Below the pieces are notes generated by a model that saw only the letters and a program-made list of their open reading frames with translations, was not told where the DNA came from and ran no database searches. Position numbers and translations under genes: made by a program. This document shows positions 34,507 through 50,725 of a DNA stretch of 64,000 nt, in pieces (within the stretch, counting starts at the first letter, position 1; each line of letters opens with the position of its first letter). Where the stretch lies: NCBI RefSeq assembly GCF_009914755.1, contig NC_060927.1. The stretch is one strand, 5' to 3'. The DNA is from the human T2T-CHM13v2.0 reference genome, Homo sapiens.

Positions 34507-34922
34507 TTATCAATGTCAAGTAAGGCAGATTTGTACTGATTTTTATTTTTAAGTATTGTGCACGTTTTCTGTAGTCCCTTTTCTGTGACTTGCATGGATT
34601 TGTGATTTTTATAGCCATGTGGAGACCTAGTCTCAGTGTTCCCTGCCCTTGGGGACATGAGGAGCCACAGATTCATTCTTGCTGAGGCAGTCATGGCCCT
34701 TGGATACCCTAAGTATAGGGGAGTGTGCCAGTTGTGGGGAGCTCAAGGATGAATGAAGCACTTGGAAGGATATGTCGTATTCAGGGAAACAGTAGCCAGT
34801 GCCCAGCTTGATTCCCTGTTTTGGCATTTACTCTTCATTTCTATAGATGTTGTTTTTGTATATGAGGTATGAGAATCTACAAACAAGCACCTCTTATAGA
34901 GTTCTTTCTCCTAATCGGTACA

Positions 34923-35817
34923 CAGTTTTCTGTATCTATAGGTTCCACATCTGTGGATTCCTCCAACTATGGATTGAAAATATTTGGGAAAAAAGGATGG
35001 TTGCGTCCGTATGAAACATGAATAAACTTTTATCATCGTCATCATTTCCTAAATGTTAGAACAACTATTTTCATACCATTTACATTGTATTATGTGTTAT
35101 AAGTAATCCAGGGATGTTTAAAGTATACAGGAAGATGTTTAAGGGATCCAGGGCTGTGCAGGACGTGCCTTGTTAACAAAATGTTTACAAGCAGTATACT
35201 TGGTAAAAGTCATCGCTATTCTCTAGTCTCAATAAACTGGGGACACAGTGCATTGCGGAAAACCACAGGGACCTCTGCTCTTGAAAGCGGGGTATTGTCC
35301 AAGGTTTCTCCCCATGTGATAGTCTGAAATATAGCCTCGTGGAATGAGAAAGACCTGACCTTCCCCCAGCCCGACACCTGTAAAGGGTCTATGCTGAGGT
35401 GGATTAGTAAAAGAGGAAAGCCGCTTGCAGTTGAGATAGAGGAAGGCCACTGTCTCCTGCCTGCCCTTGGGAACTGAATGTCTCCGTGTAAAACCTGATT
35501 GTACATTTGTTCAATTCTGAGATAGGAGAAAAACTGCCCTATGGGGGGAGGCGAGACATGTTTGCAGCAATGCTGCCTTGTTATTCTTTACTCCACTGAG
35601 ATGTTTGGGTGGAGAGAAACATAAATCTGGCTTATGTGTACGTCCATCCAGTCACAGTACCTTCCCTTAAACTTAATTATGACGTAGATTCTATTGCTTA
35701 CATGTTTTTGTCCTTATTATGATGCAAATATTACACCATTTTATATAAGGGACTTGAGCACTTGTGGATTTTGATATCCTGGAACCAATCCCTCATGGAT
35801 ACCGAGGGAAGAGTTTG
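34923..35817 (-). mobile_element. MER2 (TcMar-Tigger MITE) split by the LTR5 fragment (about 34923-35136 and 35721-35817)
   Basis: MER2-like ends ggttccacatctgtggattc... and ...cctggaaccaatccctcatggataccgaggga; the two halves are colinear across the LTR. Confidence 0.8.
35137..35720 (+). mobile_element. HERV-K(HML-2) LTR5-type (LTR5A-like) fragment lacking both LTR termini
   Basis: Diagnostic LTR5 segments such as gggtattgtccaaggtttctccccatgtgatagtctgaaatat, aaagacctgacc..cccccagcccgacacc and ggaaggccactgtctcctgcctgccc. Confidence 0.88.
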
Positions 35818-36134
35818 TAAATGTATTAAAACAAAGTAGTGGAATTGGAATCAAATTCTTTTGATTTTGTAGGTATCTGTGTTTAGCCTTTTCACTGTGC
35901 TGTGAAGATTTCCCCCCCAGGCATCCTAGGGGTTGATGGGAGATTTACTTAAGATTCCCAAGGCTGTCTAGGGCAGAAGTGAACCAGTTCTGCCTTGGTT
36001 GTCATAAACACCTCTGTTAATTAGCTCAGTTGTTCTCCAGGGATAGATTGATTCTCTAGCTAGCTTTTGCCAAGAAAAATGATCCAGTCAATAATGGAAT
36101 TCCAAATAAGATTTCCTTTTTATTTGGCTATTAA

Positions 36135-36518
<384 letters not shown>

Positions 36519-37510
36519 TAAAGTGCTGGGATTACAGGCGTGAGCCACCATGCCTGGACTGTAGGTCACCTCTGTGTCCAGTCTGCCAGAGGTCAGGGAT
36601 ACGTTGCCGTCTAGGATTTTTTATATTGGAGACCAGTCTGATGAGTAGCCCTTGAGCAGGGACTGGATTCTAAGTCTTGGAGAAAATGAGTAAGTTCTAC
36701 CTCTTATGTGAGGTATGATTGAAGAAATTGTGTTTTCTTTGTTTTTTGAGAGGCAGGGTCTTGCCCTGTTGCCTACCTGGAGTGTGGTGGCATAATCATA
36801 GCTCACTTCAGTCTTGACCTCCTAGGGTCAAGCAATCCTCCCACCTCAGCCTCCTGAGTAGCTGGGACTACTAGCACGTGCCACTGTGCCCAGCTAATTT
36901 TTAAATTTTTTTGTAGCGATGTGGTCTTGGCTATGTTGCCCAGGCTGGATCCTCCTGCCTCAGCCTCCCAAAGTGTTGGGATTACAGGCGTGAGCCACCA
37001 CACCCGGCCCAGAAGTGTCTTATATTTTTAGACTTTTGAGCAGTGTTGGAACGATTGAATTGCCTGAGTGGAGAAATTTGGTAGGAAGAGAGTAGAAGAG
37101 AGGCTCTTTATTAAAGACCTAAAAATAGAATTCATTAAAGTCACAAATAGATAACAGTAGGATTCCTGTCTAACTCTCTCCTGCTTTGGGTTTGTGCTAC
37201 CAGCTGTTGCGTTTGCTTACCTAGAAAATAGAATAATATTTTGTCAGAAGGGTCAACAGTATGGTCCTAAAACATTGTGTTTGCAAGTCTGAGGATGTGC
37301 TTTTTCCAATTTTAAAAGTAGTTAGAAAGTGACCAGATTCTTTCATGTAGGGGAGAAATCTTAGCAGGAGACGTTGGTTCTTCTGCTTGTAGTGCCAGCC
37401 CTAACCTGACAGGTCCTGTGGGGACCCCTGTCTCTTCAGAGCCCTGAGCCTTTTTCCCTTCTAGTTGGACTTTGCTGACTAGAGAGGGATATCCTATGTA
37501 GGCCACCTGA

Positions 37511-38223
<713 letters not shown>

Positions 38224-39073
38224 TAGTAGAGATGGGGTTTCACCGTGGTCTTGATCTCCTGACCTCGTGATCTGCCCGCCTCAGGCTCCCAAAGTGCTGG
38301 GATTACAGGCGTGAGCCACCGCACCCGGCCAAGGACGGAGTGTTGTTCTGTCGCCCAGGCTGGAGTGCAGTGGTGCGATCTTGGCTCACTGCAACCTTTT
38401 GGAGACAAAAGGCCTTTGTTGTGTCTGGCCTTTATCTTTGTTGTAATGACCCTGAAACCGTGGCCTGAGTCTTTGAGGTGGAAGTTGCCCTAGAAATGTC
38501 ATGTAATATACCAGAATTTATCAAGCCTTTCTCTAGTACTGGGACACTTAACATGTGCCTGTGGTACTTTTGTTTGTTTTGCTATTATTTCACATTTAAT
38601 TTCATTTTTGTAAATAAATAATTTTGAAGCCAAATTCAGATTTTTCATCTTTATGTCTACTTAGGTTGCTTAGACCTAATGTGGTAGATCAGGTTTTGTT
38701 TTTGTTTTCTTTCTTTTTTTTTTTTTTTTTTTTTGAGACAAGGTCTCACTCTGTCACCCAAGCTAGAGTGCAGTGGCATGATCATGGCTCACTGCAGTCT
38801 GAATTCCTGGGCTTAAGCAATCCTCCTGCCTCAGCCTTCTGCAAAGCTGGAACTACAGGCATGTGCCACCATGCCAGCCTATTTTTTTTTCCTTTTGTAG
38901 ATACATGGTCTTGTTATGTTGCCCAGGCTAGTCTCAAACTCCTAGCCTCAGGTGATCCTCTCATCTCAACCTTCCAAAGTGGTGGGATTACAGGTGTGAA
39001 CCACCATGCCCAGCCTGTTTTCTTGTTTTGAATCCAAGCTTTCTGAGGGTTGTCCTTTAGGAGGAGAATGTAA

Positions 39074-39478
<405 letters not shown>

Positions 39479-39504
39479 TAGCCAGGATGGTCTCGATCTC
39501 CTGA

Positions 39505-39897
<393 letters not shown>

Positions 39898-40308
39898 TAA
39901 GAGTGAACTGTTAGATATATAGTATTTGATTTTTTTTGTTTGTTTTGTTTTGCTTTGTTTTTGAGATTCAGTCTCGCTCTGTTGCCCAGGCTGGAGTGCA
40001 GTGGTGTGATCTTGGCTCACTGGATCCTCTGCCTCCCAGGTTGAAGTGATTTTCCTGTCTCAGCCTAACCAGTAGCTGGGATTACAGGCGTGTGCCATGC
40101 CTGGCTAATTTTTGTATTTTTAGTAGTAATGGGGTTTCTCTGTGTTGCCCAGACTGATCTCGAACTCCTGGATTGCTCAAGCAATCCACCTGCCTTGGCC
40201 TCCCAAAGTGCTGGGATTACAGGTATGAGCCACCGTGCCCGGCCTGATGTTTTAATTATTGAGAATTTTGTATTTTTTGTAGAGATGGGGTTCTTCCTCT
40301 TTGCCTAG

Positions 40309-40470
40309 GCACACGACTGTCTATCCCAGATGGCTGCACTGGCCTAGGACAGACGGTTCTTCCCCCAGTACGTCAAGACCCTGGAGGGTGCAAGCTACAG
40401 AACAGCTGGGCTCCTGCATTCCTCCCAGACCCTGTCTTCAGTAGGACAACAGGCAACAAACTTAAATTTG
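40309..40470 (+). other. DAG1: DAG1 alternative 5'UTR cassette exon (162 nt)
   Basis: Acceptor ttcttcctctttgcctAG| and donor TTG|GTAATA. Contains a 5-codon uORF (ATG 40330, TAG ending 40347). Size agrees with recalled DAG1 variants. Confidence 0.65.
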
Positions 40471-40731
40471 GTAATATGAATTTAGAAAATGTTAATGTTT
40501 TCCAGAACAGTGAAACTACAATATAAAGGTTAGACTTGAGAACCAAAGTTACTCTCTAGCTTCCCTCTTCTGCCCTTCATGTGCTCAGCACTTGTATCTG
40601 TGTTCTCACTACCCCTGAGCCCTGAGTTCTTCTGGGGTTGGCCCAGGAGGTGCCTTGGTTCAGAGAGATACCTGGGAGGAAACCACATGGAATCAACAAC
40701 AGTACTACATATTTGTTATTATTTGGAGTAA

Positions 40732-40960
<229 letters not shown>

Positions 40961-42145
40961 TAGCCAGGATGGTCTCGATCTCCTGACCTCGTGATCTGCC
41001 CGCCTCGGCTTCCCAAAGTGCTGGGAATTCAGACGTGAGCCACCACGCCCGGCCAGCCCCATAAATTCTTGATAGCAATTTTCCTGAGGTACTCAAGTTT
41101 TACTAGAAAAACATAGCATCATGTTTTGATTCATTAGTTGTCTAGATGCTCACCCTCCTGTATTATCATTCTGGCTAACTATTAAGTACCATTACTCCCA
41201 GATTGAATTTATGACACCTGCTGCCCACCATGCCCATTAATCAAACAATAAGGGCAGGGCAAACTGCTGTCTCATGTTGTTTCAAACTGCCCCACCTCCT
41301 TCCTCTTCCATCTTATGTTATTAATGAAAGAGTTTGACAATACTTAAATGTTAGTGAAAATAAGAGAAAAGTCGTTTGTATCTTTAGGTGAGGGTGTAAA
41401 TTGAAGGACATTTTGCCAAATCTAACAATTCCAATGTACATATCCTTTGACCCAGCAATTCCACATCTAGGATTATATCCTTAGATATGTTCTAAGAAGA
41501 ATGCAAGGATGAGTGTGAGAACACCCTGGAGAGCAAGATATGCAAGATACTTAGACATTTAGATGTGCCACACACAATAGGTGTGAATGAGAAGAAGGAT
41601 CTACCCACTGGGGCTGAGGTCTCTCAGTTCTGCTAAATTAGAAAAAGGAACGGTTATTTATTTTTTTTTTTTTGATAGGGATTCTCATTCTGTCTCCCAT
41701 GCTGGAGTGCAGTGGCGCAGTCTTGGCTCACTGAAACCTTTGCTTCCCAGGGTCAAGCGATTCCCCTGCCTCAGCTTCCTGAGTAGCTGGGATTACAGGT
41801 GCGTGCCACTATGACCATCTAATTTTTTATATTTTTAATAGAGACGGGGTTTCACCATGTTGGCCAGGCTGGCCTTGAACTCCTGACCTTATGATCTGCT
41901 TGCCAGGTGTGAGCCACTGTGCCCGGCAAAAAAGGAACAGTTTTGAAGAATTTGATTTCATTTGAACTTTAAGAATGAAATTAAAAGAGATGTGCTTGTT
42001 TATGTGTTTAGAGATATACATTCAATGTGTCATTTGTGGAGAGCTACTGAAGAAACTCAGTCTGCTCACCTGAGGACCTGGGAAGGAGACCTGCTTTTCA
42101 TTTGTGTCCTAGTGTGGTGTTGGAATTTATTTTACCTCCATGTGA

Positions 42146-42487
<342 letters not shown>

Positions 42488-43218
42488 TAGTTGATGACAT
42501 CATTGTGAGATAGACTGGGAACCAATAGTAGGGAATCGGATACTGGGAAACACTGGATGCAGCGTGCCCACATTTTGCCCTTAGCTCTGGGACCTCTTAA
42601 CTTGGTAATGATCTGATTTGGGTTTTTTTTCCTCTAGGAGGGAAGGTTCCTGGGAAGGGAAGATAGAATCTATTTTTAATCTTAAGAAAACATAGCTCAA
42701 TGTAGTAATTTTGGGCCCTAGTGTGACATTTTCTTCCATTATAACCCAAGTCACTTTTAAAACAAAATCCTTTTTTTGTATATTTTGTGTTTGTAATGTT
42801 TCTAGAGGAAAATGCTTTTAAAGTATCCTCACTTCCCTTCGTAAACTTGGGAGGGCTTGGGACCTGGTGGGGTATGTGTTTTGAATCATGCTGTCTGGGG
42901 GATTAGTGCCTGGAATCCAGATTCCTACTGGACAAAGCGCTGGGGTTTGAGGTAAGTGGGGTGGGGTAGGGGGAGGGTTATATAGCTGTCACAGATTACA
43001 GAGCTTACCTGCTGACTGCTTCACAATTGTTGGTACATACACCTGCTTTGGCATGGACGTCCTGAGAGGGGGCTTGGACCATGACCCGTGTTCCTTTCTC
43101 TTACCACTTGTTTTTTTCCATTTTGGCTGGGCGCGGTGGCTTACGCCTGTAATCCCAGCACTTTGGGAGGCCGAGGCAGACGGATCACGAGGTCAGGAGA
43201 TCGAGACTATCCTGGCTA

Positions 43219-43428
<210 letters not shown>

Positions 43429-44799
43429 TTATATAACTTTAAATTTACAGAAAAATTGCAAGAATAATTCAAGAAACTCCCAAATACTCCATCTAGAGTC
43501 ACCATTTGTTTGCATTTTGCTGTGTTTGCTCTGTCATTCTCTTTTCTATCTATACCTTTTTTTCTGAACCATCTATGAGTAATTGACAGAAATCATGCCT
43601 CTTTATTCCTAATTTTTTTATTCTTTTATTTTTTTTTTTTGGGACAGGGTCTTGCTCTGTCACCTAGGTTGGAGTGCAGTGATGAGATCTTGGCTTATTG
43701 CCACCTCCGCCTCCCAAGCTTGAGCGATCTTCCTGCCTTAGCCTCCCGAGTAGCTGAGACTGCAGGTGCAGGCTACCATGCTGGCCTAATTTTGTATTTT
43801 TTTGTAGAGATGGGGTTTCACCATGTTGCCCAGGCTGGTCTCAAACTCATCAGTGCAAGCTATCTGCCCTTCTCAGCCTCCCAAAGTGCTGGGATTACAG
43901 ACATGAGCCACAACCTGGCCTACTCCTAAATTCTTTTTTTTTTTTTTTTTTTTTTTGAGACGGAGTCTCACTCTGTTGTCTTGGTTGGAGTGCAGTGGCA
44001 CGATCTTGGCTCACTGCAACTTCTGCCTCCCAGGTTCAAGCGATTTTCCTGCCACAATCTCCCTGAGTAGCTGGGACTACAGGCGCGCACTACTACGCCT
44101 GGCTAATTTTTGTACTTTAGTAGAGACAGGTTTCGCCATGTTGGCCAGGCTGGTCTCGAACTCCTGACCCAGGTGGTCCGCCTGCCTCAGCCTTCCAAAG
44201 TACAGGCGTGAGCCACCACGCCTGGCATTTTTTTCTATTTTTAATAGAGATGGGGTCCCACTATGTTGCCGGGGCTGGTCTCAAACTCCTGGGTTTAAGT
44301 GATCCTCCTGCCTCAGCCTCCCGAAATGCTGGGATTACAGGTATGAGCCACCGCTCCCAGCCAAGTTGTTTTTTTTTTTTTTTGAGACAGAGTCTCATTC
44401 TTTCGCCCAGGTTGGAATGCAGTGGCGTGTTTTTGGCTCACTGCAGCCTCTGCCTCCTGGGTCAAGCAGTTCTCCTGCCTCAGCCTCCCAAGTAGCAGGG
44501 ATCATAGGCACCTGCCACTATGTCCTGCTATTTTTTTTTTCTTTTTTTTGAGACGGAGTCTTGCTATGTTGCCCAGGCTGGAGTGCAGTGGCGCGATCTT
44601 GCTCACTGCAAGCTCTGCCTCCCGGGTTCACGCCATTCTCCTGCCTCAGCCTCCCAAGTAGCTGGGACTGCAGGCGTCCGCCAACACGCCTGGCTAATTT
44701 TTTGTATTTTTAGTAGAGATGTGGTTTCACTGTGTTAGTCAGGATGGTCTCGATCTCCTGACCTCGTGATCCGCCCGCGTCGGCCTCCCAAAGTGCTAG

Positions 44800-45108
<309 letters not shown>

Positions 45109-45876
45109 TAACTGGGATTATAGGCATGGGCCACCAAGCCCAGCTAATTTTTGTATTTTTAGTAGAGACAGGGTTTCACCATGTTGGTCAGGCTGTTCTC
45201 GAACTCCTGGCCTTGTGATCTTCCTGCCTTGGCCTCCTAAAGTGCTGGGATTACAGGCGTGAGCCACCGTACCCCGCCTGGCTCCAAGTCTATTCTTAAG
45301 ACCACAGAACTTTTGATTTAAGATTCACTGGACAGATACATAACAATACATAAAATAAATGTTTTATTTACAAAATAAGACCTTTAAGTAGTTAGCTGCC
45401 AGTTGAAATAATGATTTGGACTGGATGTGGTGGTTTATGCCTGTAATCCCAGCATTTTAGGAGGCTGAGGTGGGAGAATTGCTTGAGCCTAGGAATTTGA
45501 GACCAGCCTGGGCAACGTGGTAAGGCCCCATCTCTACAAAAGATAAAAAATTAGCCAAGTGTGGTGGTGCCATGTTTGTAATCCCAGCTATTTGGGAGGC
45601 TGAGGTAGGAGGATCAATTGAGCCTGGGAGGGTGAGGCTGCAGTGAGCCATCATCGTGTCATTGCACTCCAGCCCAGGTAACAGAGTGAGACCCTGCATC
45701 TTTAAAGGAAAATTTAAAAAGAGATAAATGCAGGAGATCTTCCATCTTATCAAAAGGGTGCTGTTATAATTTATATATTTTTAAGTACTGGATGGGGAGG
45801 TGGAGTAGCAGCTCCAAGGTACTTTTCAGTGGTGGCCTTAATCTGCTGATGCATGGAAGGTGTGTTCTTCTTCCAG

Positions 45877-46027
45877 ATAGCCCTGGGATCTCCTGAATTT
45901 CCAGGTTGGGCTACTCAGGCATGGATTGACTCCTACAGTTCAGGCGGATGGAGATCCCACCAACCCACAGCTTAATTCTTCAGATGCTTTATCTTCATTT
46001 CTCATGTATCTTCAGTTGGCTTCTAAT
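45877..46027 (+). other. DAG1: DAG1 alternative 5'UTR cassette exon (151 nt)
   Basis: Acceptor tgttcttcttccAG| and donor AAT|GTGAGC; carries several uATGs. Size agrees with recalled DAG1 variants. Confidence 0.65.
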
Positions 46028-46031
46028 GTGA

Positions 46032-46223
<192 letters not shown>

Positions 46224-47648
46224 TGAGTAGCTCAGATTATAGGCATGCGTCACCACACTCAGCCAATTTTTTCATATTTTGTAGAGACAGAGTCTCCCTG
46301 TGTTGCCCAGGCTGATTTCAAACTCCTGGGCTCGAGCAATCCATCAACCTTAGCCTACCAAAGTGCTAGGATTACAGGCATGAACCACTGTGCCTTGCCT
46401 GCTTTTCATTTTTAATCCTTGGGTTCTAAAATGCAAGAATTAATTTCCAAATAATTAGTATGGAATGGAATCCCACTTTTTCCTGTGTGCTGAGAGAATG
46501 ATCAAAGATCACAGAAAAGAGATGGAGACAGAAGAAGCTGAGAGCAAGGGCATCTTTAAGGATTTCTTCAGTCTTGTTAATCTGGGTGTAAATTCTGTGT
46601 GGCTGACAGCCTCTGAGGATCCCTTGAAGTTTTGAGGAGGAGGAAAGCGCTTGAGAGTAATGGGTTTACTTGATTTTACTTTGTATAGAAGAGCCTGAAC
46701 TGGACATATCTCCAGGTATGTGCTGTGGTCTTTAACAAGCAGCCCAACATCCTTTGCTGGGGAAGGCCAGCAATGTGGGAGCTAGTGGGGCCTAGCCCAG
46801 GAGCCTTGCGTTCACCAGGTCACTGGGAACTGGTGCTTTCTGATGCACCTCTATGCAAGCCTGATTCTGAAGTCAGATGTGGTGGGCATCCCTGTCCATA
46901 GTGTTGGCCTGGCCCACCATTTCACTGGTCATAGAATGGCTGTAGCTTTGCAGAGCAGGGATTGCGAGAATGGAAGAATGTCTTTTGGCTCTTCTGCTCT
47001 AGCTTTTGGAAGTACGTCAGAGAAGTTTGTGATTTTTTAGAATTTGTAGCTGTGGCAAGGCTGAAGCAGGTAAAAGGGCCAATTAGAACCATCTGTGGGA
47101 GGGAAGGAATTCTGTTAGCAGGAAGGAAAACCTGAGCAAAGGGAGTGGGTGGTAGTTTTGTCTTGTTCTTTTATAAACACAGTGTGTTGATATGGCAGTT
47201 CCTGGCATGGGTGAAATATTTTTGATGGTTGAGCATTAAGAATGTAGCCAAAAACAAGAATGTGGCTAAAAGCAAGTCACCACTTTAAACACTGAAGATT
47301 GAAGCATTTGCCTAGATAAATATTCTGCAGTGAATATGCCAGAATTCCCACATACCTGTTTGGCTCCTGAGGCATTGTGCTTAGGGTCCCAGGCCTTTAT
47401 TACAGGGCTGCTGGCAGGGTCAAGGGCTGGGTTGCCTGGAGCTTCCCTGACATTTCGCCTCACTCCTCTGTTTTGGAGTCTAATTGGCCAATTAGGTCAG
47501 AAAGGCCACCAGCCAGCACACTTTTTCTAAATTTAATTCATCATTGCTAGATTAGCATATTAATTTTGAGCTATGGCACTTATTTTTAATCTTTCGTAGT
47601 GTAATGGAAAAAATACCAGAAAGCTCAGCATTGAACTTCAAAGTGTGA

Positions 47649-47929
<281 letters not shown>

Positions 47930-49232
47930 TGATCCACCCGCCTCAGCCTCCCAAAGTGCTGGGATTACAGGTGTGAGCCACCGGCGCTTGGCTGCTTGGG
48001 GAATTATTTAGGGGATTTAGTGGAATTTCCTTTCCTGTACTCTGTGGGCATCTGCTGAGTACCTGCTTGGTGCCAGGCATCTACTGGGAGAGAAAGCAGC
48101 AGAGTCAATGCTGTCAAGACCCCTGCAGTGGACCTCTTCTCCCCCTTTTCTCTCAAGGGAACCATTGGCATCCAGCCTTGACCCCCAGTAGACACTGATC
48201 ATCCAGCCCCCACAGGGTAGCCCCACTGTACCTTTGTACTGAGTTGGTGAGGGGATGGGATAGCCAGGGGGAGTTTGGGGAAGTCAGAAGGCAACTTTCA
48301 GTTTCTATTAGAGTAAGCACTTGGAAAATGTCTGTTTATAATGTATTAGTATAAATACTTGGTTTGTTACCACTTGTGTTTCCTGATTTAGTAATGTATA
48401 TAAATCTTAATTGAATATTTTTGTGTGAAACTTGGAAAGACTGCATCTATAGCAAATAAAGCCTCACACCTAGCACAGGGTAGGTAGTTGGTAAACATGT
48501 GCTGAAGTGTTAATTGTTGGGCTGTCTTCAGAGAATTGTAGTTTGCTTTAATTGCATTTTTTGATGCAACGCGGGTGCAAGGGTGTGGTAATTCATTCCC
48601 ACTTGGATTCTGCTGAGGCTGGCCACCCACCTCTCAGACTTATTCCCCCACCACCTCTCCACCTCCTACTCTAGCTGCTGCAGCCAAATGGACAGTTAGG
48701 GCCGGGCACAGTGGCTCATGGCTGTAATCCCAGCACTTTGGGAGGCTGAGGCGAGCGGATCACAACGTCAGGAGTTCGAGACCAGCCTGGCCAATACGGT
48801 GAAACCCTGTCTGTACTACAAATACAAAAATTAGCTGGGCGTGGTGGCAGGCACCTGTAACCCCAGCTACTCAGGAGGCTGAGGCAGGAGAATTGCTTGA
48901 ACCCGGAAGGCAGAGTTTGCAGTGAGCCGAGATCGTGCCACTTGCACTCCAGCCTGGGCGACAGAGCGAGACTCTGTCTCAAAAAAACAAAAACAAAAAC
49001 AAAAAAACAGAAAAAAAAAAACCCCAAATGGATGGTTTGGCCTGGTCCTTATCTTTGGCCTCAGTTTATCCTTTTCTGTCTTCAGTGTCTTACCTGGGCA
49101 CTGGTGATTAAAGTACTGGACCATGTCATCACGGGGATATGCCCCTAAAAGCCTCCTAAAGTATTTTCTTCTGAAGTCTAATTGGTGTAACTAAGTAATG
49201 TTTTCTAAAATATTGTGGCAAAATATACATAA

Positions 49233-49599
<367 letters not shown>

Positions 49600-50101
49600 T
49601 AGTAGAGACAGGGTTTCACCATATTGGCCAGGCTGGTCTTGAACTCCTGACCTTGTGATCCGCCTGCCTTGGCCTCCCAGAGTGCTGGGATTACAGGCAT
49701 GAGCCACTGTGCCCGGCCTAAATTTTTTTTTCTTTTTTTTTTTGGCACAATCTCGGCTCACTGCAACCTCTACCTCCCAAGTTCAAGCAGTTCTCCTGTG
49801 TCAGCCTCCTGAGTAGCTGGGACTACAGGCATGCACCACAACACCCAGCTAATTTTTGTATTTTTAGTAGAGATGGGGTTTCACCATGTTGGCCAGGATG
49901 GTCTCCATCTCTTGATCTCGTGATCCACCCACCTCGGCCTCCCAAAGTGTTGGGATTATAGGTGTGAGCCACTATGCCTGGCCTAAATTTTTTTTTGTAG
50001 AGATGGGGGTCTCACTATGTTGTCCAGGCTTATATTTTAATATACCATCTTAACCATTAAAAATGTTTTTTTTAGGGGCTGGCTGTAGTGGCTTGTCCCT
50101 A

Positions 50102-50725
<624 letters not shown>

